This document shows, piece by piece, positions 10,427 to 21,819 of a stretch of 64,000 nt of DNA; position 1 is the stretch's first letter; every line of letters starts with the position of its first letter. Source of the DNA: Candidatus Latescibacterota bacterium (GTDB lineage: Bacteria; Latescibacterota; UBA2968; GCA-2709665); assembly GCA_965248435.1 (NCBI GenBank), contig OZ252100.1, positions 5,312,001 to 5,376,000 of the forward strand, in the 5' to 3' direction. Under the pieces are notes generated by a model. The model was not told where the DNA came from. It saw only the letters and a program-made list of their open reading frames with translations, and did no database searches. The position numbers and the translations under genes were made by a program.

Positions 10427-11884
10427 ATGACGGACGAGAAAGCGGCCTTCCTATTCATCGACAATACGTTAATCGAGAATCTCGACAGCGTCGTGCAAGG
10501 GGTCGTACCCGCAAAGAAGGCTTCGCAACAGCCGCTGATTGAGAAGGATCGGGCCTGGGAAGAGGAGTGGCTGATCGGCGGCTACGTCAACGTCCTGTAC
10601 GACGACGACGAAAATATCTTCAAGATGTGGTACGGCGTGGGCCGAAGATTGAGCGAAGCGCGTGGCGACGTGGCGGACGGACTGGCCTACGCCGTGTCCC
10701 AAGACGCGATCCACTGGGAAAAACCCGTCCTCAACCTCGTCGAGGACAGCGGCAGCAAAGAGAATAACCTGGTCTTTCCCTTTTTGAGGTGGGGGGCCGG
10801 GACAGGAGTCATGAAAGACCCCATCGAAACAGACCCAGCCAAGCGCTACAAGATGCTCTTTATGTTCCAGAGCGGAGACATGATATTCGCCGGCATTGTC
10901 CAGCCGGTCTGTGTGGCGTATTCTGCCGACGGGATTCATTGGAACGTGCCCCAACGCTGGCTCAACCCGGTCATTCCACAGGGTTCGGATACCCACCTGG
11001 TCGCTTATTGGGATGCAAAAATTCACCGCTACGTCGTTAATCTGCGGGGCCGGCCTAACGTGCGCATCATTTGCATGGCCGAGAGCGATGATTTCGAAAA
11101 CTGGACCCCGCGCAAGATCATCGTCGCACCCGATGAGCACGATCCCCCGCAGGACCAGGAGTTTTACGGCATGAGTTCGCTGGCGTATCGCGACTTTCGT
11201 ATCGGCTTCCTGTCCGTGTTTCACACGCTCCACGAGGGGTGGATCGCCCAGAACCAGATCGAAGATTGGATGCCCGAATGGATGAACCAGATGGACATTC
11301 AGTTGACCTACTCGAAGAACGGCCGGACCTGGCATCGGGCGGGCAACCGTGAACCCATTCTGGAATGTGGCCCCCGCGGTAGCCACGACAGTGGAAATGT
11401 CTATCCGTCTCATGCCCCCTTTGTCCGCGGCGACGAGATCTGGGTCTATCACAGCTGCTCAAACGAATTGCACGGCGAGGGGACGCGCTACGGCGAAGAA
11501 TCCCGGCGGGGAATCAATCTGGCAAAGATCGAAAAGGATCGGCTGGTCTGTCTGAAGACGGAGGCGCAGGGGGTCGTGACCACGGTCCCGCTGAGTATCG
11601 AGCCCAATGCATTGTGGATCAACGCCGATGCGACCGGCGGGTCACTGCGAGTGGAGATAGTCGATCCGTTTGACCGGGTCGTGCCGGGTTTTGGCAAAGA
11701 AGACTGCAGACTCTTCTCAGCGAATGAAACAGAATACCGGGTACAATGGAAAAGCGATCCGCAAGGCGCAGTCGGAGATAAAGAGGGTGGGCTCGAAGAG
11801 AAGATGGTCTCACAGGCACGCGGGGGGGGCAAGGTCAAAGTGTACCTTGACCGCGCCAAGCTATTTGCTCTTTATGCGTCCTAA
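10427..11884 (+). CDS. Five-bladed beta-propeller glycoside-hydrolase-like protein
   Basis: Repeated YAVSQDAIHWEKP / YSADGIHW / ESDDFENW / YSKNGRTW Asp-box-like motifs; AGGAG RBS before ATG 10427. Confidence 0.75.
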   Translation: MTDEKAAFLFIDNTLIENLDSVVQGVVPAKKASQQPLIEKDRAWEEEWLIGGYVNVLYDDDENIFKMWYGVGRRLSEARGDVADGLAYAVSQDAIHWEKPVLNLVEDSGSKENNLVFPFLRWGAGTGVMKDPIETDPAKRYKMLFMFQSGDMIFAGIVQPVCVAYSADGIHWNVPQRWLNPVIPQGSDTHLVAYWDAKIHRYVVNLRGRPNVRIICMAESDDFENWTPRKIIVAPDEHDPPQDQEFYGMSSLAYRDFRIGFLSVFHTLHEGWIAQNQIEDWMPEWMNQMDIQLTYSKNGRTWHRAGNREPILECGPRGSHDSGNVYPSHAPFVRGDEIWVYHSCSNELHGEGTRYGEESRRGINLAKIEKDRLVCLKTEAQGVVTTVPLSIEPNALWINADATGGSLRVEIVDPFDRVVPGFGKEDCRLFSANETEYRVQWKSDPQGAVGDKEGGLEEKMVSQARGGGKVKVYLDRAKLFALYAS

Positions 11885-11924
11885 AGCCATTTAGGGGTTC
11901 AACAATCAACAGAGCTCAACAGGG

Positions 11925-12459
11925 TCGTCGTCTCCGTTCTCGGGCCGGTTCAGGGGGATTCCCAGGATCTCCGAGGCTTTTTTTTGGATCTCCAGGATCT
12001 TCTCTGCCTGTTCCAGACGTCGCCGTAGCCGGGCGTTCTCTTTGCGAAGTTGCTCGTTCTCCCGGGCTACGGGGTCACGTCGGCGCCCTTTCGGGCCACG
12101 CTCCTTCGAGAGTGTCCCCAGAGCCCCCTCACGACGAGCGCGTCGCCATTCTGTCAGAAGCGAGGAATAAAGACCTTCCCGTCGCAGCAATGCCCCAACC
12201 TCGCCTGGCTGTCGGCAGGCGTCGGCCTCTTCGACGATCCGCAGCTTATACGCGGCGCTGAAATGACGTCGCTTAGCTTTCTCCGGAACCTCTGCATCGG
12301 GCCGTGCTTCGTTGGAGCTCCCTTCACTCAGCACGGGGTGCTCCAACGACGGACGCTCCTTGACTTTGCTGTTACCGTTCATCTTTGATCTCTCCTCCGC
12401 CCTCAATTACTCATTAATTTCTGTGGGGGAGGTGTCTCGCTAATTATAGGCACGTAGGG
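11925..12459 (-). mobile_element. IS3-family element B, left end + OrfA only
   Basis: Reverse complement of 20346-20880; OrfA 12382->11906. Confidence 0.9.
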
Positions 12460-13200
12460 GGGTATCTGAACGACATTGGCCTTGCCGATGACGTCACACA
12501 GGAGGCGTTCATTGCGGCCTTTACTGATCTGTCGAGCCTCAGGGAGGCAGACCAGTTCAGGAGCTGGGTCTGTTCAATAGCCATTAACCTCTGCAAAATG
12601 CAATTGCGAAAGCCCAAGATCGAGGAGAACGGCATTGACCCTGACGGGATGCCGGGACTAGACCTCTCTCCAGACGAGGTATACGAACGGGAGGAACGCA
12701 GGCTTCAGATTCTTGGTGTCCTGGACTCCCTGCCGGAAGGAGAAAGGGAGGCTGTCGTCCTCTACTACCTTCTTGGGATGCGTGTGGATTCTGTGAGTGA
12801 ATCACTCGCTATCTCGAAGAACGCCGTGAAAGTCCGCCTGCACCGTGGCCGTCAAAGACTAAGACAGGAGTTGATCGCCATGGATGAGAAATCAGATAAA
12901 GTGGATGTGGAATCCTTCGCGGACTGGTCAAAACTGACAGATGAGGAGATGGTGGCCACGCTCAGGAAGACCTTTACCGAGGATCTCGCGATTGCCCTGG
13001 TGAGGAAAGACAACGCCACACGCCGGGTTCAAGACAAGATCATGCGGAACATTTCAAAGCGTGTTCAAGAAATCATGCAACGCATGATTGAAGAGAGGTC
13101 ACCATCAGAGGCTGAGATTGACAGATCCCGCACGACGATCCTGAAAACTATCCATGAGCTACAGAGTGCAGGCACTATTAGGCCCTCTCTAGTTGACTGA
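12460..13200 (+). pseudogene. 3' part of ECF sigma factor with C-terminal FliG_C-like domain
   Basis: GYLNDIGLADDVTQEAF (region 2), LPEGEREAVVL...VKVRLHRGR (region 4); tail EDLAIAL..KIMRNISKR resembles FliG C-terminus; 5' part at 36138. Confidence 0.8.
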
Positions 13201-13443
13201 CAAGGTTAACCGGCGTCAAATAGTATACCGCCCAGGGGGAATCTCTCTCTGGGCGGCTTGTCTGTTCACTGGCAGGTGGCGGCACGGCTTGTAAAAGCGG
13301 ATTGCCGGCTCGCTTTGTTGACGCTCTTCGCAGGGGGCTGTGAGCTTTTAACCTCCCTCACAATAAGGCTTTTCTGTATATTCCTGAGTGACGCCCTCAA
13401 AGATTTGCCTGGAAAGCAACGCTATGAATATCTATCCGTTTGG

Positions 13444-13606
13444 CCCTACGTGCCTATAATTAGCGAGACACCTCCCCCACAGAAATTAATGAGTAATTGA
13501 GGGCGGAGGAGAGATCAAAGATGAACGGTAACAGCAAAGTCAAGGAGCGTCCGTCGTTGGAGCACCCCGTGCTGAGTGAAGGGAGCTCCAACGAAGCACG
13601 GCCCGA
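13444..13606 (+). mobile_element. IS3-family element B, left-end fragment
   Basis: Identical to 20346-20508. Confidence 0.9.
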
Positions 13607-13646
13607 CTGGCGGGCAGTTGAGCCTAAATATCGGCGAGAGGCGAAC

Positions 13647-16600
13647 ATGGTTGACGGCATATCCAATGCCAGCACGGCTGACATGAACACCGAAAGCTCC
13701 AAATACTCGGCGCCATGTCGAGCCGGCGCAGGCGGAAAGGCGATTGCCACGAGAACTATTTCCCGGCCGAAAATCATCGGCGCAATCTCGCCGCCTCCGT
13801 ACGCTCAATCGAGCCCGCCTAAGCCTGATGTCGAAGGGGCGCAGTCCCCTCCGGCGGCACACAGGGACGATTCTCTCGCTCCCAATCCATCGGCGGGGCT
13901 GGTTACCGAAGACCATCCCCCCAAGCGCCGCCGTGGCGGCTGGGGGCGTGCAGGCGTCCTCGCCGTCGTCGCCTGGCTGGCCTGGCCGACCGCGGCCTTC
14001 GCGCAGGGTATAGGCGTGTATTCCATTGCGAGCAATGACGTGGTCGACGCCTCGGAGAAGTGGGCCGGCTTTACCATCACCGGCGGCACGGGTACGGAAA
14101 GCAGCGTGACTGTCACGGTGAACGTCAACGGCACACAGGTGGGGACCGCAACCTCGGACGCCAGTGGAAATTGGGTGGTGAACGTGGACGGTGATGCGAG
14201 CTTCGTTACCACGACCGTAAGCGGCCAATACGCCGAAGCGACGCGCGGGACTCCTGGCAACCTTGATTTCCTATCGCATCAGAGGTCCTTTACCGCGAAT
14301 CTGAAGCTGCCGCTGGTGGTGAACGCCGTTACGGGCGACGACACGATCAATATTGCGGAGAAGGCGAGCGGCTTCACCATCAGCGGCGACACGGGTACGG
14401 AAAGCGGCGTGACTGTCGATGTGAGCATCGACACGGGGACGCTGAGCACTACCTCGGGCGCCGCGGGGGCTTGGTCGGTGGTCGTGCCGTCCAATGCGAA
14501 CTACATTACCGAAACGAGCGTGGACCTTACGGTGACGGCCACCAAGACCGGTTCTGTCAGCGCGACGGTTACTCGGACGCTGCCGGTGGATTTGACGGCG
14601 CCAACGGTGAGTTACAACACGACGCCATCGAGTCTGAAGGTGGGCGTGGCGATCTCGGCGATGGCTCCGACCACGAGCGATACGGATATTGCTTCCTATG
14701 GCGTCCACGACGATGACTCGCTGCCGCCGGGACTGGCGATCGACGAGAGCACTGGCGTGATCAGCGGCGCGCCGACGACGGCCAACAACAGTACACGGGA
14801 GGTGAGGGTGCTGGCCACCGACGACGCCCGCAACGAAACCACAGAGACGATCACCTTCCCCAAGGTCGACATGGGCGACCAGACGCTGGTTGGGTTCGCA
14901 TACGGCGCGGCGCGAATCAGGTACGGCGATACTGCGCCGAGGGTGACCGAGCCGACCGGCGCCCGGACCCCGGTGACGTATTCGGCGGTGCCTGCGACGG
15001 TGTGCACCGTCAATTCGTTGGGTGCGCTGACGATTAGAGCCGGGGGGACGTGCACGATCACGGCATCGGCCAACGGCGACGCCAACTACAACGCGGCGGC
15101 GGACGTGACCCTTGGCCTGGAGGTGGCCAGGGTGACGGTCGACCCGCCGCCGGAGAGCCTGCCGCCGGAGGGCCTGCCAGTACCGGAGGGCGGCTCGGCC
15201 GGCTACACGGTGGTGCTCGACACCCAGCCGACGCATGACGTCACGATCAACGTGAACCGCCGGGGGTCCGGGGGCGACACGGATCTGACGGCGAGTCCGG
15301 TTGGGTTGACCTTCACGGACTCAAACTGGAACACCCCACAGACGGTGACGCTCTCGGCGGCCGAGGACGACGACGGCGCGCGCGGCATCGTCAATTTTGG
15401 ACACAACGCGGTCAGCGCCGACAGCATCTATGGCGGCATTGGGGCCCCCGCCGTCAAGGCAGTTGAGGACGACAACGACCCGATCGGGGTGACGATCTGG
15501 CCGCAGGTACTGAGGATGCCGGACGGCGGATCGCGGAAATACACAGTGGTTCTCAACACCCAGCCGACGGACGATGTCACGATCACGGTGACCCGGGATC
15601 ACGGGGGTGACGACGACCTGACGGCGGACCCGAATACGTTGATCTTCACGGAGGCAACCTGGTATACGCCGCAGACGGTAACGGTCTCGGCGGCCAAGGA
15701 CGACGACCAGGTGAACGGCGTCGCGATCTTCAGCCACAGCGTGGAAAGCAACGACGAGAACTACCAGTCCGACGATGAAATCACAATCGCTCCGGTAAGG
15801 GTGACCGAGGACGAGACCAGACCGAGGGTAGCGATTCAGACGGAGGCGTCGTCTCCGGTGGGCGGCGCCTTCGAGGTGACGATCCGCTTCTCCGAGTCGG
15901 TGGAAGGCTTTGAACTGGAAGATATCGAGGTGAGCAACGGGACGGCGTCGAATTTCAACAGGGTGTCCTCACGGACCTACACAGTGACGATCACGCCGGA
16001 AGAAACAGGTGAGGTCAGGGTGGAGGTGGGATCGAACGTGGCCCGGGACGGCGTCGGCAACCGCAACCGGGCGGCGGAGCCTCTGGTGATCGAGGCGGAT
16101 CTGGAGCGGCCGGAGGTAACGATCGAAGGGCCGACGGAGCCGGTGGGAATGGCGGTGTTCGAAGTGACGATCACCTTCTCCGAACCAGTGACGGGCTTTG
16201 AGCTTGAAGATATCCGAGTCACTAATGGAACGGCTTCGAACTTTACCAAAGTCTCGCCGCAGGAGTACACGGCGACGATCACGCCCTCTGCGAGCGGCGC
16301 GGTGAAGATGGAGGTTGCGGAGGACGTGGCTCGGGACGGGGGCGGCAACGGCAACCGGGCGGCGGAGCCTCTGGTGATCGAGGCGGATCTGGAGCGGCCG
16401 GAGGTAACGATCGCAGGACCGACGGAGCCGGTGGGAATGGCGGGGTTCGAAGTGACGATCACCTTCTCGGAGCCGGTGGAGGGCTTTGAGCTTGAAGATA
16501 TCCGAGTCACTAATGGAACGGCTTCGAACTTTACCAAAGTCTCGCCGCAGGAGTACACGGCGACGATCACGCCCGAAGGGATCGGTGCAGTGAGGGTGGA

Positions 16601-19600
16601 GGTCCCCAAGGACGTGGCCGAGGACGGGGGCGGCAACGGCAACCGGGCGGCGGAGCCTCTGGTGATCGAGACGGATCTGGAGCGGCCGGAGGTAACGATC
16701 GCAGGACCGACGGAGCCGGTGGGAATGGCGGGGTTCGAAGTGACGATCACCTTCTCGGAGCCGGTGGAGGGCTTTGAGCTTGAAGATATCCGAGTCACCA
16801 ATGGAACGGCTTCGAACTTTACCAAAGTCTCGCCGCAGGAGTACACGGCGACGATCACGCCCGAAGGGATCGGTGCAGTGAGGGTGGAGGTCCCCAAGGA
16901 CGTGGCCGAGGACGGGGCTGGCAACGGCAACCAGGCGGCGGAGCCTCTGGTGATCGAGACGGATCTGGAGCGGCCGGAGGTAACGATCGCAGGACCGACG
17001 GAGCCGGTGGGAATGGCGGGGTTCGAAGTGAGGATCGCCTTCTCGGAGCCGGTGGAGGGCTTTGAGCTTGAAGATATCCGAGTCACCAATGGAACAGCTT
17101 CGAACTTTACCAAAGTCTCGCCGCAGGAGTACACGGCGACGATCACGCCCGAAGGGATCGGTGCAGTGAGGGTGGAGGTCCCCAAGGACGTGGCCGAGGA
17201 CGGGGCTGGCAACGGCAACCAGGCGGCGGAGGCCTTCGAATTGGAGACGAAGCTGGCGGTGAGCTACCAGGAGGAGAGCTACACGGCCAGGGAAGGTGGA
17301 GAGACGGTGACGGTGACGGTGAAGCTGAGCCAGGGCTGGGACGAGGAGCTGGCGATCCCGATCCGGGTGACGCGGCCGGAGACGACGGAAGTCGCCGACT
17401 ATACCCTAGATGGTTTGCAGGAGTGGGATGCCCAGGAGGGCGCCGGGACGCTCACCTTCCCAGCCGAGGAAACGGAACAGACGTTTAGGATTGCAGCCAA
17501 CCATGACGGGGACGGGGACGACGAGACCTTGAAGCTGGGATTTGGGGAACTGCCGGAGATCGTACTGACAGGTGAGCCGGGCGTGGCGACAGTGATGCTG
17601 GAGGACAAAGGACTGGTGGAGCTGAAGGTGAGCTTTGGGCAGGCGGAGTACCAGATTAGGGAAGGCCAGCAGGCCGACATCGAGGTGAAGGTGGCGCCGA
17701 CGGCGGATCGGCGGGTGGAAGTACCGCTGGTGGTGAGCTTGAAAGGAGGGGCGAGCGAGGCCGACTACAGTGGGGTACCGGTGTCGTTGGTGATCGAGGA
17801 AGGCGAGAGTGAGGGGACGATTTCCGTGGAGGTGCTGGCGGATGAAGTGAACGATCCTGGGGAGGGGATTGTGCTGAGCTTTGGAGAGTTGCCGGAGGCG
17901 GTCAGTGAAGGAGAAATCCCGCAGACAACAGTGAACTTCAGGCAGCGGCGCACGGCGGAGCAGTTCTCGCAAACGCTGGAGGTGGCGCTGGCGGTGATGG
18001 CGCGGTCGATGGGGGAGAGTGTGCAGACGGCCATTGAGGGTCGCTTTGAGCGGCATCGGCAGTGGAGTCGGCTGGGGGCAGCCGGAGGAGCGGTGTCGAC
18101 AGCGCAGCCGGGAAGCGACAATAGCGCCACGGGTCTGGGTGAGGGAGAATCGCAGCGGATAGACAGCGAGAGCCTCGAGGACGCCGGCAGGCGAAGAGCT
18201 GAAGGCCCGGTAGTGCCGAGCGCTGGGGGCGGGGCCGGGGGCCGAGCAGTGATGGGATCGAGTGGGGAGTTGGGAGACCGGGAAAGTGACGTGCAAGGAG
18301 CGTGGCTGCAGAACGTCTCGCTGGGTGGATTAGCGGGCCTGTTCGGCTACGGCCAGGGCGATGCGGGCGTCTCGACCGGCTCCAGCATGGGGCCGAGTGG
18401 GACCGGCCCGACTGTCGGGTTGGGAGGGCAGCCAGGTCACGGTCAGAATCGATTCCAGGGTGCGGGGACCAGGAACTCGTCGCTGAGATCGGGATCGGGC
18501 GAGTACTCGGGGAGGAGGAATCGAGAGCTCAACCTTGCGGGAGTGTCCTTGGAGCTGCCCTTGGCAGGACAGCAGAAGGGGACGAGCAGGAGCTGGGTAC
18601 CGGCGTTGTGGGGGCAAGGGGACCTGCAGCACTTCAACGGGAACCTGGCGCGGTACGAGATGAGCTATCGAGGAGGTCTCGAGGCCGCCCATGTGGCGCT
18701 GGACCTCTATGCCAACGACAAGGTGCTGACCGGGCTGTCGTTCATGCGCAGCTGGGGGAACATGGATTACAGCGACGATGGGATCGATGGGGTGTTGAGG
18801 AGTCGCATGAGCACGTTTCATCCCTATCTGTACTGGCAGCCGACGGAACGGGTGAGCGTGTGGGGCATAGGAGGCTTGGGACGAGGGCGAGTGGACGTCA
18901 ACGAGCCGGGGAGGAGTCACGACTTCGAGGCTGACTTTCGGATGTTCGCCGGGGGATTGAGGACGGTGCTGACGCGGCGAGGCAGCAATGAGTTGGGGCT
19001 GCGGGCGGACGCCTTCTCGGCGCAACTGAGGACCGAAGCCTCCGAAGACATCGCGAAGGTGCGAGGTGAGGCCCACCTGGCGCGGTTGATGCTGGAGTGG
19101 GTGCACACCAAGCAGCTGTCAGTGGGGCGATCCCTGAGCCTGAAGGCGGAGGCCGGCGGGCGTTTCGACGGGGGCGATGCGGAACGGGGCAGCGGCGCGG
19201 AAACAGGATTCCGTCTGGGGTATCTGGATGCGAACAGTGGACTGGACGTGGCCATGTATGGCCGGGTGCTGATGGTGCACACAAGCGACTACCGGGACTG
19301 GGGATTGGGGGTACAGGCGAGCTGGGACCCGGGCGAGAAGCAGCGCGGGTTCCGAGTGTCGGTGACCTCCACGCGGGGCCAGGACGGCGGCGGGCGAACG
19401 ACGCTGTGGAACAACGCTAATATGGTCACGCGCCCAGCGGGGATGGGGGCGATGGGGCTGAGCTCCCAGTACCGGATGGAAAGCGAGGTGGCCTACGGCG
19501 GCCTGAAGGCGCCGGGCGTACCGGGTCTGCTGACGCCCTATAGCCGGCTGCGATGGGCCGGACAGGGTCGGGAGCTGGCCTGGGGGACCGCTTGGAGCCT

Positions 19601-19718
19601 GCCTCCACGCTCGCAGCTGGCGCCGCCATTGATGTTGGAAACGGAAGCCATGAGACGGGAAAGCGCAACAGGTCCGGCTGATCTAGCGGTGCTGGTGCGA
19701 ATGTCGATCCCCTTCTGA
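13647..19718 (+). CDS. Giant Ig-like/Calx-beta repeat surface protein with C-terminal autotransporter-like barrel (true start uncertain)
   Basis: Signal-like RRRGGWGRAGVLAVVAWLAWPTAAFAQ; LPPGLAID..TGVISGAP putative Ig; LTFT..NWNTPQTVT; five 96-aa Ig repeats; barrel-like C-terminus ending in Phe. Confidence 0.8.
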   Translation: MVDGISNASTADMNTESSKYSAPCRAGAGGKAIATRTISRPKIIGAISPPPYAQSSPPKPDVEGAQSPPAAHRDDSLAPNPSAGLVTEDHPPKRRRGGWGRAGVLAVVAWLAWPTAAFAQGIGVYSIASNDVVDASEKWAGFTITGGTGTESSVTVTVNVNGTQVGTATSDASGNWVVNVDGDASFVTTTVSGQYAEATRGTPGNLDFLSHQRSFTANLKLPLVVNAVTGDDTINIAEKASGFTISGDTGTESGVTVDVSIDTGTLSTTSGAAGAWSVVVPSNANYITETSVDLTVTATKTGSVSATVTRTLPVDLTAPTVSYNTTPSSLKVGVAISAMAPTTSDTDIASYGVHDDDSLPPGLAIDESTGVISGAPTTANNSTREVRVLATDDARNETTETITFPKVDMGDQTLVGFAYGAARIRYGDTAPRVTEPTGARTPVTYSAVPATVCTVNSLGALTIRAGGTCTITASANGDANYNAAADVTLGLEVARVTVDPPPESLPPEGLPVPEGGSAGYTVVLDTQPTHDVTINVNRRGSGGDTDLTASPVGLTFTDSNWNTPQTVTLSAAEDDDGARGIVNFGHNAVSADSIYGGIGAPAVKAVEDDNDPIGVTIWPQVLRMPDGGSRKYTVVLNTQPTDDVTITVTRDHGGDDDLTADPNTLIFTEATWYTPQTVTVSAAKDDDQVNGVAIFSHSVESNDENYQSDDEITIAPVRVTEDETRPRVAIQTEASSPVGGAFEVTIRFSESVEGFELEDIEVSNGTASNFNRVSSRTYTVTITPEETGEVRVEVGSNVARDGVGNRNRAAEPLVIEADLERPEVTIEGPTEPVGMAVFEVTITFSEPVTGFELEDIRVTNGTASNFTKVSPQEYTATITPSASGAVKMEVAEDVARDGGGNGNRAAEPLVIEADLERPEVTIAGPTEPVGMAGFEVTITFSEPVEGFELEDIRVTNGTASNFTKVSPQEYTATITPEGIGAVRVEVPKDVAEDGGGNGNRAAEPLVIETDLERPEVTIAGPTEPVGMAGFEVTITFSEPVEGFELEDIRVTNGTASNFTKVSPQEYTATITPEGIGAVRVEVPKDVAEDGAGNGNQAAEPLVIETDLERPEVTIAGPTEPVGMAGFEVRIAFSEPVEGFELEDIRVTNGTASNFTKVSPQEYTATITPEGIGAVRVEVPKDVAEDGAGNGNQAAEAFELETKLAVSYQEESYTAREGGETVTVTVKLSQGWDEELAIPIRVTRPETTEVADYTLDGLQEWDAQEGAGTLTFPAEETEQTFRIAANHDGDGDDETLKLGFGELPEIVLTGEPGVATVMLEDKGLVELKVSFGQAEYQIREGQQADIEVKVAPTADRRVEVPLVVSLKGGASEADYSGVPVSLVIEEGESEGTISVEVLADEVNDPGEGIVLSFGELPEAVSEGEIPQTTVNFRQRRTAEQFSQTLEVALAVMARSMGESVQTAIEGRFERHRQWSRLGAAGGAVSTAQPGSDNSATGLGEGESQRIDSESLEDAGRRRAEGPVVPSAGGGAGGRAVMGSSGELGDRESDVQGAWLQNVSLGGLAGLFGYGQGDAGVSTGSSMGPSGTGPTVGLGGQPGHGQNRFQGAGTRNSSLRSGSGEYSGRRNRELNLAGVSLELPLAGQQKGTSRSWVPALWGQGDLQHFNGNLARYEMSYRGGLEAAHVALDLYANDKVLTGLSFMRSWGNMDYSDDGIDGVLRSRMSTFHPYLYWQPTERVSVWGIGGLGRGRVDVNEPGRSHDFEADFRMFAGGLRTVLTRRGSNELGLRADAFSAQLRTEASEDIAKVRGEAHLARLMLEWVHTKQLSVGRSLSLKAEAGGRFDGGDAERGSGAETGFRLGYLDANSGLDVAMYGRVLMVHTSDYRDWGLGVQASWDPGEKQRGFRVSVTSTRGQDGGGRTTLWNNANMVTRPAGMGAMGLSSQYRMESEVAYGGLKAPGVPGLLTPYSRLRWAGQGRELAWGTAWSLPPRSQLAPPLMLETEAMRRESATGPADLAVLVRMSIPF
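15819..17240 (+). repeat. Intragenic 288-bp (96-aa) tandem repeats, ~5 units
   Basis: CTCTGGTGATCGAG recurs at 16081, 16369, 16657, 16945; last three units nearly identical. Confidence 0.95.
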
Positions 19719-19969
19719 GGAGCTGACCCCGAGCAGTGCGTGAACCCCGTGCCAGTCCCTATGAGCGGCGTGCATCAGCACCAGGGTGAACGACGACCCA
19801 GATATCCTGGTCCCGACGTTGGAGAGGGGTCTTTCTTGACCAGCGGGGCGGAAATGTGCTTGACAACGCTTCCGCCTCTCGCGAGTCGCCAGATTTTCGT
19901 AACTCCCTGTCGCAGAAGCGTTTATTCTCCAGGGCCGAACGGTGAGTGGTTATGAAGAGGGTTGCGCAA

Positions 19970-20345
19970 GGGGAGCCAGATTGTAGCTCTCACTGAAACT
20001 CTCGCCATTGTGGTTAACAACCGGGGCTTCAGTTGGAGTCTCATATACAGCCAGATCAACCTCAGTAGGTTTCCAGACGACTTTGCAGACGTGCATCTGC
20101 ATCAACTGCTTTTTCTCGTCTGGAGTGGCGGCTGAGATGAGTTCAGAGAATGTCGCCAGTGTGTCCTGAATTGTGGATGCATTGGCGACTTTCTTTTTTG
20201 CCTCCTCAATATCAAGATCAATGGTAAGAATTTCCTGATCCAGCTGGTCTTTTCGTTCTTCAAGGGCCAGTATTTTTGGGTGATGGATTGATTTCTACCT
20301 TGTTGGTGGCAATACTCTCAACGAGTGCATCTATTTTCTTGACTA
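19970..20345 (-). pseudogene. C-terminal remnant of probable large serine recombinase
   Basis: Frameshifted KIDALVESIA..ILALEERKDQLDQEI..TLATFSELISAATPDEK..CKVVWKPTEV coiled-coil tail; cut by IS at 20346. Confidence 0.45.
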
Positions 20346-21819
20346 CCCTACGTGCCTATAATTAGCGAGACACCTCCCCCACAGAAATTAATGAGTAATT
20401 GAGGGCGGAGGAGAGATCAAAGATGAACGGTAACAGCAAAGTCAAGGAGCGTCCGTCGTTGGAGCACCCCGTGCTGAGTGAAGGGAGCTCCAACGAAGCA
20501 CGGCCCGATGCAGAGGTTCCGGAGAAAGCTAAGCGACGTCATTTCAGCGCCGCGTATAAGCTGCGGATCGTCGAAGAGGCCGACGCCTGCCGACAGCCAG
20601 GCGAGGTTGGGGCATTGCTGCGACGGGAAGGTCTTTATTCCTCGCTTCTGACAGAATGGCGACGCGCTCGTCGTGAGGGGGCTCTGGGGACACTCTCGAA
20701 GGAGCGTGGCCCGAAAGGGCGCCGACGTGACCCCGTAGCCCGGGAGAACGAGCAACTGCGCAAAGAGAACGCCCGGCTACGGCGACGTCTGGAACAGGCA
20801 GAGAAGATCCTGGAGATCCAAAAAAAAGCCTCGGAGATCCTGGGAATCCCCCTGAACCGGCCCGAGAACGGAGACGACGAATGAGGGCAACTGCCGAACA
20901 ATTGGCGCCGGTGGTGGGGGTGGCAGCGGCCTGCCGTGCACTGGATGTAGCACGGGCGTCTCTCTACCGCCACCGAAAGTCCCCTTGTGTCTCTCCGCCC
21001 CGGCCGCGACAACCCTCCTCACGCAGCTTGACGACTCCGGAGCGGGCCCAGGTGCTGAAAACGCTTCACGAGGAACGGTTCGTAGACCGCGCTCCAGCGG
21101 CCGTGTATGCGACCCTGCTGGAGGAAGGGCGCTACCTGTGCTCGATTCGAACCATGTACCGCGTGCTGGCAGCGGTCGCAGAAGTGAAGGAACGCCGCAG
21201 GCAGCGCCGTCACACGCATCGAGAACCGCCGCAATGGGTGGCAACCGCCCCCAACCAGGTCTGGACCTGGGACATCACCCGACTGCCCGGTCCGCGGAAG
21301 TGGACAACCTTCGCCCTCTACGTTGTCCTGGATCTGTTCTCGCGCTACGTCGTCGCGTGGATGGTGGCTTTGCGGGAGACAGCAGCCCTGGCCAAACGGC
21401 TGGTGCAGGGCGCTTGTCAGAAGCAGGACATCCAGCCTGGACAGCTCACGCTGCACCAGGACCGCGGTGGCCCAATGACGGCCAAGACGTTCTCCCAACT
21501 CCTGGTGGATCTCGACATTCTGGCCAGCTACAGCCGACCCCGAATATCCGACGACAACCCGTACTCAGAAAGCCACTTCAAGACCCTGAAATACGCACCG
21601 GCTTATCCCGGGGGTTTTTCCAAACCGGAAGAGGCGCGGTCATACTTCCGAGTCTTCTTCCCCTGGTACAACACCCAGCACCGACACAGCGGACTCGGCC
21701 TGTTCACGCCCGAAGCTGTGCACTACAACCGCGCCGGGGATCTTTAAGCGGCCAGGCAACAGGTTCTGGACGATGCCTACCTGCGACATCCTGAACGCTT
21801 CGTCAACCATCCGCCCCAG
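20346..21819 (+). mobile_element. IS3-family element B, lacking right end
   Basis: OrfA 20423-20884, OrfB 20881-21747 (WTWDIT, HQDRG, DNPYSES); OrfB stops early (TAA where the 36.4 kb copy has CAA). Confidence 0.9.

Noticed and set aside
15819-17240. CRISPR-like array
   Set aside because: In-frame 288-bp coding repeats without spacers; no cas genes
19970-19978. tRNA gene
   Set aside because: Only a 9-bp 3'-like motif; no cloverleaf upstream
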